Origin: an uncultured delta proteobacterium
Lineage (GTDB): Bacteria; Desulfobacterota; Binatia; Binatales; Binataceae
Assembly (NCBI GenBank): GCA_963783145.1
Contig: CAWAMM010000004.1
Span: 326,414 to 390,413, forward strand
DNA: 64,000 nt
Direction of reading: 5' to 3'
Shown here piece after piece: positions 19,862-28,428 of the stretch. Positions within the stretch are counted from its first letter, which is position 1; every line of letters starts with the position of its first letter. A model generated the notes under the pieces. That model was not told the origin of the DNA. It ran no database searches and was given only the letters and a program-made list of their open reading frames with translations. The position numbers and the translations under genes are program-made.

Positions 19862-19884
19862 CTTCCCCCGTGGTTCGGGGGAAG
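19862..19884. other. Perfect 9-bp GC-rich hairpin (CTTCCCCCG-tggtt-CGGGGGAAG) 50 nt after the vWA-FHA stop
   Basis: Inverted repeat read directly. No U-run follows, so not a canonical intrinsic terminator. Confidence 0.5.
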
Positions 19885-20434
19885 TGGCCCAGCGCGATTC
19901 ATGCGATCGCTGCACGCATGAATTGTGATGGGTCGAAGAGGGACCTCAGCTCTGGATTCTGCCTCCTGTGCTTCCTTCGATATTACCGACATTACGTCGA
20001 TACAAGTGGCTTTGTTTCTGCAGTCTGACGGTGGTGGCTGGGCGAGTCGCGCCCCAGACCCTTTCACTTGTAACTTCGGAAAGACCCCGCGTTTTTCCTC
20101 GATTATTTGGCTTCGTTTCGTCAATTTCGGCGCGTGGCGAACGGCTCGAGTGGGTTTGTTTTTGCGTTTTCGTCGATCGAATCCGTACTCACGCGATACT
20201 CGGTGCGATGGCTTCGTTTATGTTCCAACACACCTTAGACATTCCCTGGAACCCCCAATTGAACGGGGATCTAAAAAGATCGAAATCCTTTAAAATCAAC
20301 CACTTGGTGGGTTCGTTCATGTAAAAACGCCCTTCCGCGAAGCGGTTACCTCCAAAAACGACATTGGCGCCCACGCGGGCGCCACAACCATACGATAGCA
20401 CAATCCGACCGCCGAGGGTCGATTTTTTCTTAGC

Positions 20435-20476
20435 CGCTTCCTACCCCTCGCCCAATCCAATTTGGGCGAGGAGTAT
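20435..20476. repeat. Palindromic repeat element copy A (CGCTTCCTACCCCTCGCCCAA-tccaat-TTGGGCGAGGAGTAT), 10-bp stem
   Basis: Near-identical copy at 24736..24775. Both sit 40-90 bp 3' of a minus-strand gene stop. Confidence 0.7.
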
Positions 20477-20517
20477 CTAGACGCGGAGGAGCGGAGAAGA
20501 AGCGGTAACGCGCCACA

Positions 20518-21270
20518 CTAATCAATCCGCATCAGGCCGCGGCGGGGCGTTTCGGTTCCATAGGTCTCAGCCATCACGGCGACTCCCATTTCCGCGAGCG
20601 CCGCTCGATGCTGCTTCAGCGGGGTGCGCAACAAACGATCCTCGATCGGCTTCAGCTTCTCGAAGCTTTCCAGGTTTAGGACGCGCTCCACAAATGCCGC
20701 GGTGCGAGGCCATCGCGCGGCATCGACTCGAAACCGCGCGAATCCCGCGTTGCGAAAGAAGCACGCGATACTGATATCGGCAATCGTTACCTCGCCGAAG
20801 ATGAAGCCCTGAGCGGGAATTTCGGCTTCCAGGTAGTCCAGCACTTGCGGCATATCTTCGCTGAGAGTCTTTTCGACCGCTGCTTGGTCGGTTGCTTCAC
20901 CCCAAACGTTGGGTTTGATCGCAACCTGGTTGAACAGTCCCCAGATGAATACCTCGCCCATCCGCGAATCGGCATACTCCTCGAGCCAGCGCGCGCGAGC
21001 CCGATCAACGATACTCGTTGGATAGAGCATCGGACGTGGATAGCGGTCCTCCAGGTATTGGCAGATGACCGAGGAGTCGGCGAGGGTGACCTGCTCGTCG
21101 AGGAGAACCGGAATGCGCCGCACCGGACTCATGCGGGTGAAATTATCGTCCCCGAAAAACGGCACAATCGGATCGATTTCATAGCCGATACCCTTCAGGT
21201 CGAGAACCACCAGCACCTTGCGGACGTACGGTGAAAGATAACTTCCGATGATCTGCACGGCCTGCGCCAT
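20518..21270 (-). CDS. Glutathione S-transferase family protein
   Basis: GST N-terminal thioredoxin-like domain (SPYVRKV...RIPVLLDE...L.DS..I..YL). Confidence 0.8.
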   Translation of the reverse strand: MAQAVQIIGSYLSPYVRKVLVVLDLKGIGYEIDPIVPFFGDDNFTRMSPVRRIPVLLDEQVTLADSSVICQYLEDRYPRPMLYPTSIVDRARARWLEEYADSRMGEVFIWGLFNQVAIKPNVWGEATDQAAVEKTLSEDMPQVLDYLEAEIPAQGFIFGEVTIADISIACFFRNAGFARFRVDAARWPRTAAFVERVLNLESFEKLKPIEDRLLRTPLKQHRAALAEMGVAVMAETYGTETPRRGLMRID

Positions 21271-21333
21271 GATGACTCCTTGTGGTGATAGGGCGCGAGG
21301 CGATTCGCTCGTCGCCTCGCGCCCGAGGTGGTC

Positions 21334-21975
21334 TTACTTCTTCATCATTGCGGCGAGCGCCGCCTGCTGCTCGCCGAGCGTTTCCTTCGTGGAGGGGCGC
21401 GCCTGAGCTTGTCCCCACCACGCAGCCAGTTTGGGCCGGCCTTCCAGGGGCGGCTTGGCGCCGAACATCGGCAGGATATTCACCAGGAAGAAAACCGTCG
21501 GCGCTAGCGCCGCATCCGCCAGCGTGAAAGCAGCGCCGGTGGCCCATGGACCGGCGAGCGCTACTTCCAACTGATCAAGACGGCGGTTAAGGTCGGCGAT
21601 CTTTTCCTGGATGAATCCGTCGTCGAGCTTTTTGCCGAATAGCTGCGGCAGCAGCGCGCGCATCGGCGGATCCAGGTACAGATCATTCAGCCGGCTGAAC
21701 GATCGCACTCGGGCGCGGCCTTCCGCGTCTTTCGGCAGCAGTGGCGTCTCGGGAAATTTATCTTCCAGATACTCGTTGATGATCTCGGACTCGGCGATCA
21801 CCTGCCCATCATCGAGTTGGAGCGCCGGAATCTTTCCGAACGGATTCAGCTTTTTGTACTCCGGCGAATTCGTGCCGCCCGGAGGAGCCGTCATCTCGAC
21901 TTTCAATCCTTTCTCGCGAATCACGATCCGACTCTTCGACGCAAAGTTACTCAGGTCACGGTTGTACAGCTTCAT
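21334..21975 (-). CDS. Glutathione S-transferase family protein
   Basis: GST_N motif (SNFASKSRIVIREKGL...KIPALQLDDGQVIAESEIINEYLE) and GST_C. Confidence 0.8.
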   Translation of the reverse strand: MKLYNRDLSNFASKSRIVIREKGLKVEMTAPPGGTNSPEYKKLNPFGKIPALQLDDGQVIAESEIINEYLEDKFPETPLLPKDAEGRARVRSFSRLNDLYLDPPMRALLPQLFGKKLDDGFIQEKIADLNRRLDQLEVALAGPWATGAAFTLADAALAPTVFFLVNILPMFGAKPPLEGRPKLAAWWGQAQARPSTKETLGEQQAALAAMMKK

Positions 21976-22072
21976 TTCTTCACCTCACGGAACTCATTTT
22001 CGATCTCGGGACGAAAGATAAGGTCATCCGGCGAAGTCGTCTATTGGCAATATTGACTTTCTTGATATCGTT

Positions 22073-23038
22073 TTGGCCATGAAGGTGAATGTCCTTGTCC
22101 TCGACTGCGTATTCGATACCGGCCTGGCGACGGTGCTTGATTCCTTCGGTACCGCCAATGAACTGGCCGAGCTGTTTGGCCTTACTTCACTCCGCTTCGA
22201 GGTGAGTACGGTGGCCGTGCGCGCATCGGTGCGAACCTCGCAGGGATTGCAGGTGCCGGTAATTCCAGTTGCCCGGCGCGCCAAACCGGATTTGGTGGTC
22301 GTGCCCGCGCTCGGCTACAAAATGCCCGATCCGTTGATCGCGGCCCTCGCGCGGCCCGATGTACTCGAAGCTGGCCACGCATTGCGGCGATGGGCGGGGC
22401 AGGGCGCGATGACTGCGGCGGCGTGCATCGGCACGTTCGTGATCGCTCAGACGGGGTTGCTCGACGATCACGAGGCCACCACGACCTGGTGGCTAGCCCC
22501 ATTGTTCCGTGAGCGCTATCCGAAGGTGCGCCTTGATGAATCACGCATCATCGTTCCGTCGGAGCGAATGGTGACCGCCGGTGCGGCCCTTAGTCATCTC
22601 GATCTCGCGCTATGGCTAATTCGCCAGGCCAGCCCCGAGCTTGCCGCGCTGACCGCGAAGTATCTGGTGGTCGACGCGCGTCCGTCGCAGGCGGCCTACA
22701 TGATCCCCAGTCACCTGGCGCATTCGGATCCGGTGGTCGAGCGCTTCGAGCGATGGGCGCGGCAGCGGCTCGGGAATGGATTTTCCCTGGATGAATCGGC
22801 GCGCGCGACGCGGACCAGCAAACGCACTCTCGCACGCCGGATGCATAAGGTATTGGGAAAATCTCCGCTCTCATATTTCCAGGACTTGCGCATCGAGCGC
22901 GCCGTTCATCTGCTGAAAACCAGCGATGAGAGCGTGGACGAAATCGCTTCCCGGGTTGGGTATGCGGATGGCGTAAGCCTGCGCTTGCTGCTACGTCGAC
23001 GGATGGGGCGCGGAGTCCGCGAGTTGCGCGCCGGGTAG
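22073..23038 (+). CDS. GlxA-family transcriptional regulator (DJ-1/PfpI-like domain plus AraC-type HTH)
   Basis: N-terminal class-I glutamine-amidotransferase-like fold. C-terminal AraC HTH (LARRMHKVLGKSPLSYFQDLRIERAVHLLK...). Divergent from the tandem GST genes. Confidence 0.8.
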   Translation: MAMKVNVLVLDCVFDTGLATVLDSFGTANELAELFGLTSLRFEVSTVAVRASVRTSQGLQVPVIPVARRAKPDLVVVPALGYKMPDPLIAALARPDVLEAGHALRRWAGQGAMTAAACIGTFVIAQTGLLDDHEATTTWWLAPLFRERYPKVRLDESRIIVPSERMVTAGAALSHLDLALWLIRQASPELAALTAKYLVVDARPSQAAYMIPSHLAHSDPVVERFERWARQRLGNGFSLDESARATRTSKRTLARRMHKVLGKSPLSYFQDLRIERAVHLLKTSDESVDEIASRVGYADGVSLRLLLRRRMGRGVRELRAG

Positions 23039-23162
23039 GATCTCAGGCTGCCAGGCTCCGCAACTCCTCGCAAACTTTGGGTAATGGCTCCCGCGTCTGC
23101 TTCGGTGAGGTCCAGTTCATCCTCAGGTTCTGATGCTCCCGGACTTCTCTCCTCATCCGTCA

Positions 23163-23981
23163 CTAATCGGGCAGTTCGATGCCGCAGTACGAATATCCAC
23201 CGTCGACCCGCAGCACGGTTCCGGTCATATAGCTGGATGCTCTGGATGCGAGGAGCAGTAGCGCGCCGGTCAACTCCGCAGGATCCGCGGCGCGTCGCAT
23301 TGGGATCGCGTTGCGCCATTTCTCGCCGTCGGGTCCATCGAGGATGCTCTTCACCATCGCGGTGTTCATCCAGCCCGGCGCCAGACAGTTGACGCGGATC
23401 TTATGCTGAACCAGCTCTATCGCCATGTTGCGGGTCAAATGCTCCACCGCCGCTTTGGATGCGGCATAGGGGACGCGTTTCAGTTGCGAGCGAAATCCCA
23501 GCGATGACGAAATATTGATGATGCTGCCCTCGACCGCGTGTTCCACCATATATCGGGACACCTCCGTCGCAGCCATCCAGGTGCCCTTCAGATTCACGTT
23601 CAAAACTTTGTCCCACTCGCTTTCGGTGACGCCGAACAGGAACGCATCATCGCCTAAAATTCCGGCGCAGTTGATCAACACATCAATCGAGCGGAATTTT
23701 TTATCGGTGTCGTGTACGAGCTGGAGAATCTGGGTCTTTTGTGTGACATCGCACTTTTGAACGAGAACCCTTTCACCTGTGGGGTCGATCTTTTGTGACA
23801 ATGGGTTGAGTTTGCTCTCATCGGTATCCGCGAGGACGATTCGAGTGCCGGCATCAGCCAGGATGGTGGCCAATTCGCTCCCCAGCCCGCCCGCCGCTCC
23901 AGTTACCACCGCAACCTGATCTTTCAAGGAAAACTGATCGACCCAACCCATCGCATTCTCCCTCGCCATAATATCCGACAT
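23163..23981 (-). CDS. SDR-family oxidoreductase
   Basis: TGAAGGLG Rossmann motif. YxxxK active-site region. Confidence 0.85.
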   Translation of the reverse strand: MSDIMARENAMGWVDQFSLKDQVAVVTGAAGGLGSELATILADAGTRIVLADTDESKLNPLSQKIDPTGERVLVQKCDVTQKTQILQLVHDTDKKFRSIDVLINCAGILGDDAFLFGVTESEWDKVLNVNLKGTWMAATEVSRYMVEHAVEGSIINISSSLGFRSQLKRVPYAASKAAVEHLTRNMAIELVQHKIRVNCLAPGWMNTAMVKSILDGPDGEKWRNAIPMRRAADPAELTGALLLLASRASSYMTGTVLRVDGGYSYCGIELPD

Positions 23982-24116
23982 CAGTCGGTATCCGTGGCTT
24001 TCGTTTCTGCGATTTTACTCCTCTCTTATTCCGTCCGCGCAGCGGGTGGTGGTGCCTGCGTCACGGTTCTCCCTCAGCGCAGTCGTATCGCTCACGAGCC
24101 CGGCCAGGGAAAGCAA

Positions 24117-24416
24117 TCAGTAGTGGTACCGTGCCTGGAGGAAATCGATGCGGTCGGGGCTGACTGCGTATACCATCCGATGTTCTTCCGTGATGCGCCG
24201 CGACCACGCTCCGGCCAGAACGTATCTTAAGGGTTCCGGTTTGCCGATGCCGCGGAATGGATCGCGTAAAATGGCCTCAACCAAATCCATAATCCGCAGC
24301 GCCACTCTTCGATTGGTCTCGACCCAAAAGGGTAGGTCTTCCCGGAATTCTGGATGAAACGCCGCGAGGCGTTCACGTTCCTTCGTCAAGCCCGAACTCG
24401 CGCCGAAGCTTGCCAA
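24117..24416 (-). CDS. yoeB: YoeB/Txe-family toxin (type II TA, mRNA interferase)
   Basis: Strong similarity to YoeB (FEGKGKPEPL / SRRITEEHRMVYAV...RYHY). Confidence 0.9.
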   Translation of the reverse strand: MASFGASSGLTKERERLAAFHPEFREDLPFWVETNRRVALRIMDLVEAILRDPFRGIGKPEPLRYVLAGAWSRRITEEHRMVYAVSPDRIDFLQARYHY

Positions 24417-24660
24417 CCGTTTGCGGCTTAAGCTTCTTCTTTCTGGCCCGCAGCAGGGCCTTTACGAGCCGTTGAGCGTTCTTCGGTGAGCGCAACAGAT
24501 GCGCGGTCTCGCTAAGGGCTTCCAGTTCGTCGGCCGCGACCAGCGCCACGTCGCGCGCGCCCCGCCGATGAATGATCAGCGCCTCTCGAGTTTCGGCCAC
24601 TTCATCACACAGCGAAGCAAGATTGGCGCGCGCCTCGGTGTAGGTCGTTTCTTTGACCAT
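24373..24660 (-). CDS. yefM: YefM/Phd-family antitoxin
   Basis: N-terminal TYTEARANL...V..T.E...I motif. 44-nt overlap with yoeB. Confidence 0.85.
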   Translation of the reverse strand: MVKETTYTEARANLASLCDEVAETREALIIHRRGARDVALVAADELEALSETAHLLRSPKNAQRLVKALLRARKKKLKPQTVGKLRREFGLDEGT

Positions 24661-24667
24661 TTTTAAA

Positions 24668-24690
24668 CCTGTACAGGAAATCTGTACGCT
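24668..24690 (-). promoter_or_regulatory. Putative yefM-yoeB operator: perfect palindrome CCTGTACAGG followed by a TGTACG half-site
   Basis: TGTACA-core palindromes are the known YefM-YoeB operator signature. They are read directly at 8-30 nt upstream of the yefM start. Confidence 0.55.
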
Positions 24691-24735
24691 ATTTGCGAAT
24701 TCGATTCAATCAATCCGCATGATGCCGCGGCGAGG

Positions 24736-24775
24736 CGCTTCCTACCCTCGTCCAATCATATGGGCGAGGAGTATT
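24736..24775. repeat. Palindromic repeat element copy B (CGCTTCCTACCCTCGTCCAA-tcat-ATGGGCGAGGAGTAT)
   Basis: Direct repeat of the 20435..20476 element. The stem is imperfect here. Confidence 0.7.
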
Positions 24776-24834
24776 CAGAGAACTTGGGAGAGACGACGGT
24801 CCCTTGCGATGCGGGTCCTATGGTTGCGAGCGGA

Positions 24835-25800
24835 TCAGACTTCCAGGCTGCGCAGCTCCGCGCGATAGATATCCTGCACCGGTTCCTCACCATAGATGCG
24901 CTCGAGCCGTCGCAGCCCGAAGTGGTAGTAGGCGATCTGATTGAAAAAATTCGTGAAGTAGCCGTTGAGCGCCGCGCCTCCAACCGCGCCCGCAATCGGA
25001 ACCATCTCTGCGTATGCGAGGTCGAGGGCGAGATAGCCGAAGCGGCCCGCGATCGCACTTATCAGTCGCGTCACCTCCGGCGCCGCCCCGCGCGCGAGCG
25101 CTTCGGTGAGTTGGAGGGTGCTCTTACCCGCGAGGAAGCGGCCCGCGTCGCGAACCAACAGCGTCAGCGCCAAACGCGAGGTCAGGTACGACGACTCCAT
25201 CGTGTCATCGCTCTGGGCAGGGCCGCCGAGACTCAACACCGACACGCATTCCAGCCGCGTCGCCGGATCGTCAAGGTCGGCGCCGAAGTCGCGCGCAATC
25301 GCCGCGATCGAGCGCAGGATCACCAGCGTGGTTACCGGGAGCTCGATAGGCAGCGCCGCGATACCCAGTGCGCCGCCGAGTCCGCCGAGAATCGATGCCG
25401 CGGTGACATGGATCGCGCTGCGCGACTTGACCACCGCGCTGGAAAGTCGCGAGACATGTCTCTCATCGGCGTGAATCGAACCGTCGAGCGTTTTCGCGGC
25501 CCATCCGACCGCATCGAGAAGCGCGCGTTGCAAAGCGCGCTCGATGCGCGAACTGGCCCACGCCGGAAGTCCTTTGATGATTGCCTCGGCCGGCTTGCCC
25601 ATGGTGTTGAGGAACTCGACTAGGCGTCCGGGGCGCTCCAACTTGCGCACCGCCGCGGCGATGAAAGCGCGATCCATTAGATCGATGGGCATCGGCCTGT
25701 AGTTCGTGGGGGGAATCGAGAGGTCGCGATCCATCGAAGCCACCTCGGCAATAATTGTAAGCGTCAGCGCCGACGACACGCCAGCGGCGTTGGCGCTCAA
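24835..25800 (-). CDS. Hypothetical protein (possibly EcsC-like)
   Basis: Long ORF with good codon bias. The family assignment is a weak guess only. Confidence 0.4.
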   Translation of the reverse strand: MSANAAGVSSALTLTIIAEVASMDRDLSIPPTNYRPMPIDLMDRAFIAAAVRKLERPGRLVEFLNTMGKPAEAIIKGLPAWASSRIERALQRALLDAVGWAAKTLDGSIHADERHVSRLSSAVVKSRSAIHVTAASILGGLGGALGIAALPIELPVTTLVILRSIAAIARDFGADLDDPATRLECVSVLSLGGPAQSDDTMESSYLTSRLALTLLVRDAGRFLAGKSTLQLTEALARGAAPEVTRLISAIAGRFGYLALDLAYAEMVPIAGAVGGAALNGYFTNFFNQIAYYHFGLRRLERIYGEEPVQDIYRAELRSLEV

Positions 25801-25824
25801 TCATCGGGCGCTCATACTGATCTT

Positions 25825-26460
25825 ATGGCCAAGCAGGAAAACCTCGCCATTCAGCTCATACCTCCTCACGCTAGTTTGAAGACGCTCGCCGAGGCTGCGA
25901 AGGAATGCCGCGCCTGTGATTTGTGGAAAAACGCGACCCAGACCGTGTTCGGCGAGGGCGCCGCGCATGCGTCCTTGATGTTGGTCGGCGAGCAACCCGG
26001 CGACAAAGAAGACCTCGCAGGAAGACCGTTCGTCGGTCCGGCCGGAAAGCTGCTCGACAAGGCGCTGGCCGCGGCGCGCATCGATCGGAAACGGATCTAC
26101 ATCACCGGCGCGGTCAAGCACTTCAAATGGGAACCGCGCGGCAAAGTGCGTATCCACAAGAAGCCCAACGGCAAGGAGATCGCGGCCTGCCGCCCGTGGC
26201 TCGATGCGCAGATCCTCGCGATTCGGCCCAAGGTGATCGTGCTGATGGGAGCCACCGCGGCGCAGGCGGTGCTAGGCAGGAATTTCCGCGTCACGCAGCA
26301 TCGCGGCGAGTTCATCGAGGCGGAAAGTCCATATCCGCACGAGGTAACGGCGACGGTGCATCCCTCATCGATCCTGCGCGCGCCCGACGAGGAGATGCGG
26401 CATCAGCAGATGGAGGAGTTTATCGAGGATCTGCGCCTGGTTTCGCGCCGGCTCGCATAA
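25825..26460 (+). CDS. Uracil-DNA glycosylase, family 4
   Basis: CRACDLW...GEQPGDKEDLAGRPFVGPAGKLLD (GE[AQ]PG motif) plus an Fe-S Cys pattern. Confidence 0.85.
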   Translation: MAKQENLAIQLIPPHASLKTLAEAAKECRACDLWKNATQTVFGEGAAHASLMLVGEQPGDKEDLAGRPFVGPAGKLLDKALAAARIDRKRIYITGAVKHFKWEPRGKVRIHKKPNGKEIAACRPWLDAQILAIRPKVIVLMGATAAQAVLGRNFRVTQHRGEFIEAESPYPHEVTATVHPSSILRAPDEEMRHQQMEEFIEDLRLVSRRLA

Positions 26461-26465
26461 GGATG

Positions 26466-26774
26466 CTAGCGCTCTGAAGAGAGGTCGGCATCGCGGCGGA
26501 TGCGGCGCACGTGGATCTGTTTTTCGCGCTTGCGGGTTTGCGCAATATCGTAGGCGGACTGCATTCGCATCAGGGTGTCCATCTTCACGCCGAATGCCTT
26601 CTCGATTCGTATCGCCATCTCGCCGGACAGCGCAGCCCTGCCGTTAAGCAAGCTGGACAGAGTGGGGCGCGAAACCCGCAGCGCGTCGGCAGCTGCGGTA
26701 ACTGAAAGACCGGCCGGCTTAACGATTTCGGTCCGAATAAAGTCGCCTGGATGAGGAGGATTTTTGATGGACAC
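26466..26774 (-). CDS. higA: HigA-family antitoxin (XRE HTH)
   Basis: Addiction-module antidote HTH (HPGDFIRTEI...GLSVTAAADALRVSRPTLSSLLNGRAALS). Confidence 0.85.
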   Translation of the reverse strand: MSIKNPPHPGDFIRTEIVKPAGLSVTAAADALRVSRPTLSSLLNGRAALSGEMAIRIEKAFGVKMDTLMRMQSAYDIAQTRKREKQIHVRRIRRDADLSSER

Positions 26775-26792
26775 GAAATGGTCTCCTGTCGG

Positions 26793-27083
26793 CTAGTGGT
26801 AATCTTCAAGGTTGACGTCGCAAATTTCCCACTCGGCAAAATTGATGCGAAAGGTCAACCGGAGATTGCGTGTTACGCTCAGGCTCCAAGTGCCCTTGCG
26901 ATCGCCGGTTAAGGTGTGAACCTTCCAAACGGCGAGCGCGCGCAATTCCTCAGGGTCCTGCATGTTATCGAGGTAGCCCAGCATTTTTCGCAACTTGTCC
27001 ACGTTCTCAGGAGGCACGCCCTTCGCGCTGTCGTCGGTGTAGAGGCGCTCCAGCCCTTTGTGGGCGAAGTTCCGAATATTCAC
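26793..27083 (-). CDS. higB: HigB-family (RelE-like) toxin, plasmid-maintenance killer protein
   Basis: Typical HigB sequence (FAHKGLERLY...ELRALAVWKVHTLTGDRKGTWSLSV). Toxin lies upstream of the antitoxin as in HigBA. Confidence 0.85.
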   Translation of the reverse strand: MNIRNFAHKGLERLYTDDSAKGVPPENVDKLRKMLGYLDNMQDPEELRALAVWKVHTLTGDRKGTWSLSVTRNLRLTFRINFAEWEICDVNLEDYH

Positions 27084-27200
27084 CCATCGATTGTAGCCTG
27101 TAGCTTAACACTTATCGATGAGAAAAGATAAGCGAAGTTACACTCGCCAGTCTCCCCTCACTGGATGGCGTCGTAAGCTCGGCCGGGCGGGAGGAGGGTT

Positions 27201-27752
27201 CTACTCAGTCATGGCGGCTTGAGGCACTGCGGGAGGCGACTCGAGCGGGGCCGCAGCGGCCGCGGTCGAGGGCCGAGGGCAGCGGCAATCCGCACCAATC
27301 GAAAGGATCAGCATCCCCTGCTCATAGCGCGGGCCACCGACCATCAGCACGCCATGATTGCGCAACTTGAGCTCGGTCGTCATCAACGGCTGCTCGCCCT
27401 GAAACAGGATCAGCTCCATCAGAATCATGTCGCCGTCCATCCCGCGCGGTTCCACATGGAGAATGCGCCCGCCCGGGAGGTTGAACAGGATCAGCGTACC
27501 GATCGGGGTCTGCTGCTCCTGATGGTTCACCAGGTGAAAGGTGCTGTAGCTGAAGAGCGAGTGCAGACGCGGCGCCATCGGAGTCAACTGCGGATCGACC
27601 CCTTCATTAGTGTCGGAAGCGACGACTGAATCGACGCGAAAACCGATCTTTGGTGGACTGGCCGAAGACCCCGCCCACATACGACCGACGGCCACGAAGC
27701 TGAGTGCCATCGTGGCGGCGACGGTCAGAATCCCCCATCTTTTCTGTAACAT
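27201..27752 (-). CDS. Hypothetical secreted protein, third gene of the ECF sigma module
   Basis: Signal peptide. No family recognised. Same strand immediately after the anti-sigma gene. Confidence 0.4.
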   Translation of the reverse strand: MLQKRWGILTVAATMALSFVAVGRMWAGSSASPPKIGFRVDSVVASDTNEGVDPQLTPMAPRLHSLFSYSTFHLVNHQEQQTPIGTLILFNLPGGRILHVEPRGMDGDMILMELILFQGEQPLMTTELKLRNHGVLMVGGPRYEQGMLILSIGADCRCPRPSTAAAAAPLESPPAVPQAAMTE

Positions 27753-27760
27753 GCTTAAGG

Positions 27761-28381
27761 CTATTTATCCGTTGGCAGCCAAATTACCGTGGTGCCGTTT
27801 TCGGGTTCGCTCCACACTGCGGTCGTCGGATATTCCGATTCAAGTTTCTTGATGACAGTATGCGAATCGCCCGACCCACCAGACGCCATCTGCTGCGGCT
27901 CCGTTTCCGTCGGTACTACCGCCCGAGTGCTCTCCTGGTCGGTGGTCGTCGATGCGAGGCTGGGCGCGTTCGAGGTTTGCACCTTAGCCAGCGGCGCAAT
28001 CGGGCCGCCGATCCCCATGTCGCGGCGCAAGTACGGCGTCAGCACCAGCGCGGTGATGACGGCCACTGCGCCGGCCATCGATACCATCGCGAAGGCTGCG
28101 GCCCATCGCTCGTTGAGTTCCTCGAAGAACGCGCCGATCCGTTCGCGCAGCGGCACCTTAAGTTCCGCAATGCGCGCGTCGACGCCGGCGGCGAAGCCGG
28201 TCAGCGGCGGGATGGTGATGATCTCGCGCAGCTCGCGTCCGACCGCGGAGTAATCGCCGAGGAGCTCTTCGCATGAATTGCAGGTCGCCAAGTGGCGCGC
28301 GACCTCCTGCATCTCATGAGGCTCGAGTTCGCCGTCTTCGAAGGCTCCGAGTAGTAGGGATATCTGGTTGCAGTCACTCAT
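27761..28381 (-). CDS. Anti-sigma factor, zf-HC2 (ChrR/RsrA-type) with one TM helix
   Basis: H..L..C..C zinc motif (HEMQEVARHLATCNSCEELL). Central TM. Directly downstream of the ECF sigma. Confidence 0.8.
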   Translation of the reverse strand: MSDCNQISLLLGAFEDGELEPHEMQEVARHLATCNSCEELLGDYSAVGRELREIITIPPLTGFAAGVDARIAELKVPLRERIGAFFEELNERWAAAFAMVSMAGAVAVITALVLTPYLRRDMGIGGPIAPLAKVQTSNAPSLASTTTDQESTRAVVPTETEPQQMASGGSGDSHTVIKKLESEYPTTAVWSEPENGTTVIWLPTDK

Positions 28382-28428
28382 AAGCTTTCTTCATGGGACC
28401 GGTTGAGCTTGACGTACATAAGCTTCAT

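Noticed and set aside
19684-20324. 146-aa (-) and 118-aa (+) ORFs in the 700-bp spacer
   Set aside because: One overlaps the vWA-FHA gene's 3' end. Both lie in AT-richer sequence with poor codon usage and no homology. The region is treated as non-coding.
24760-25623. 287-aa plus-strand ORF
   Set aside because: Arg-rich antisense shadow of the 321-aa minus-strand gene.
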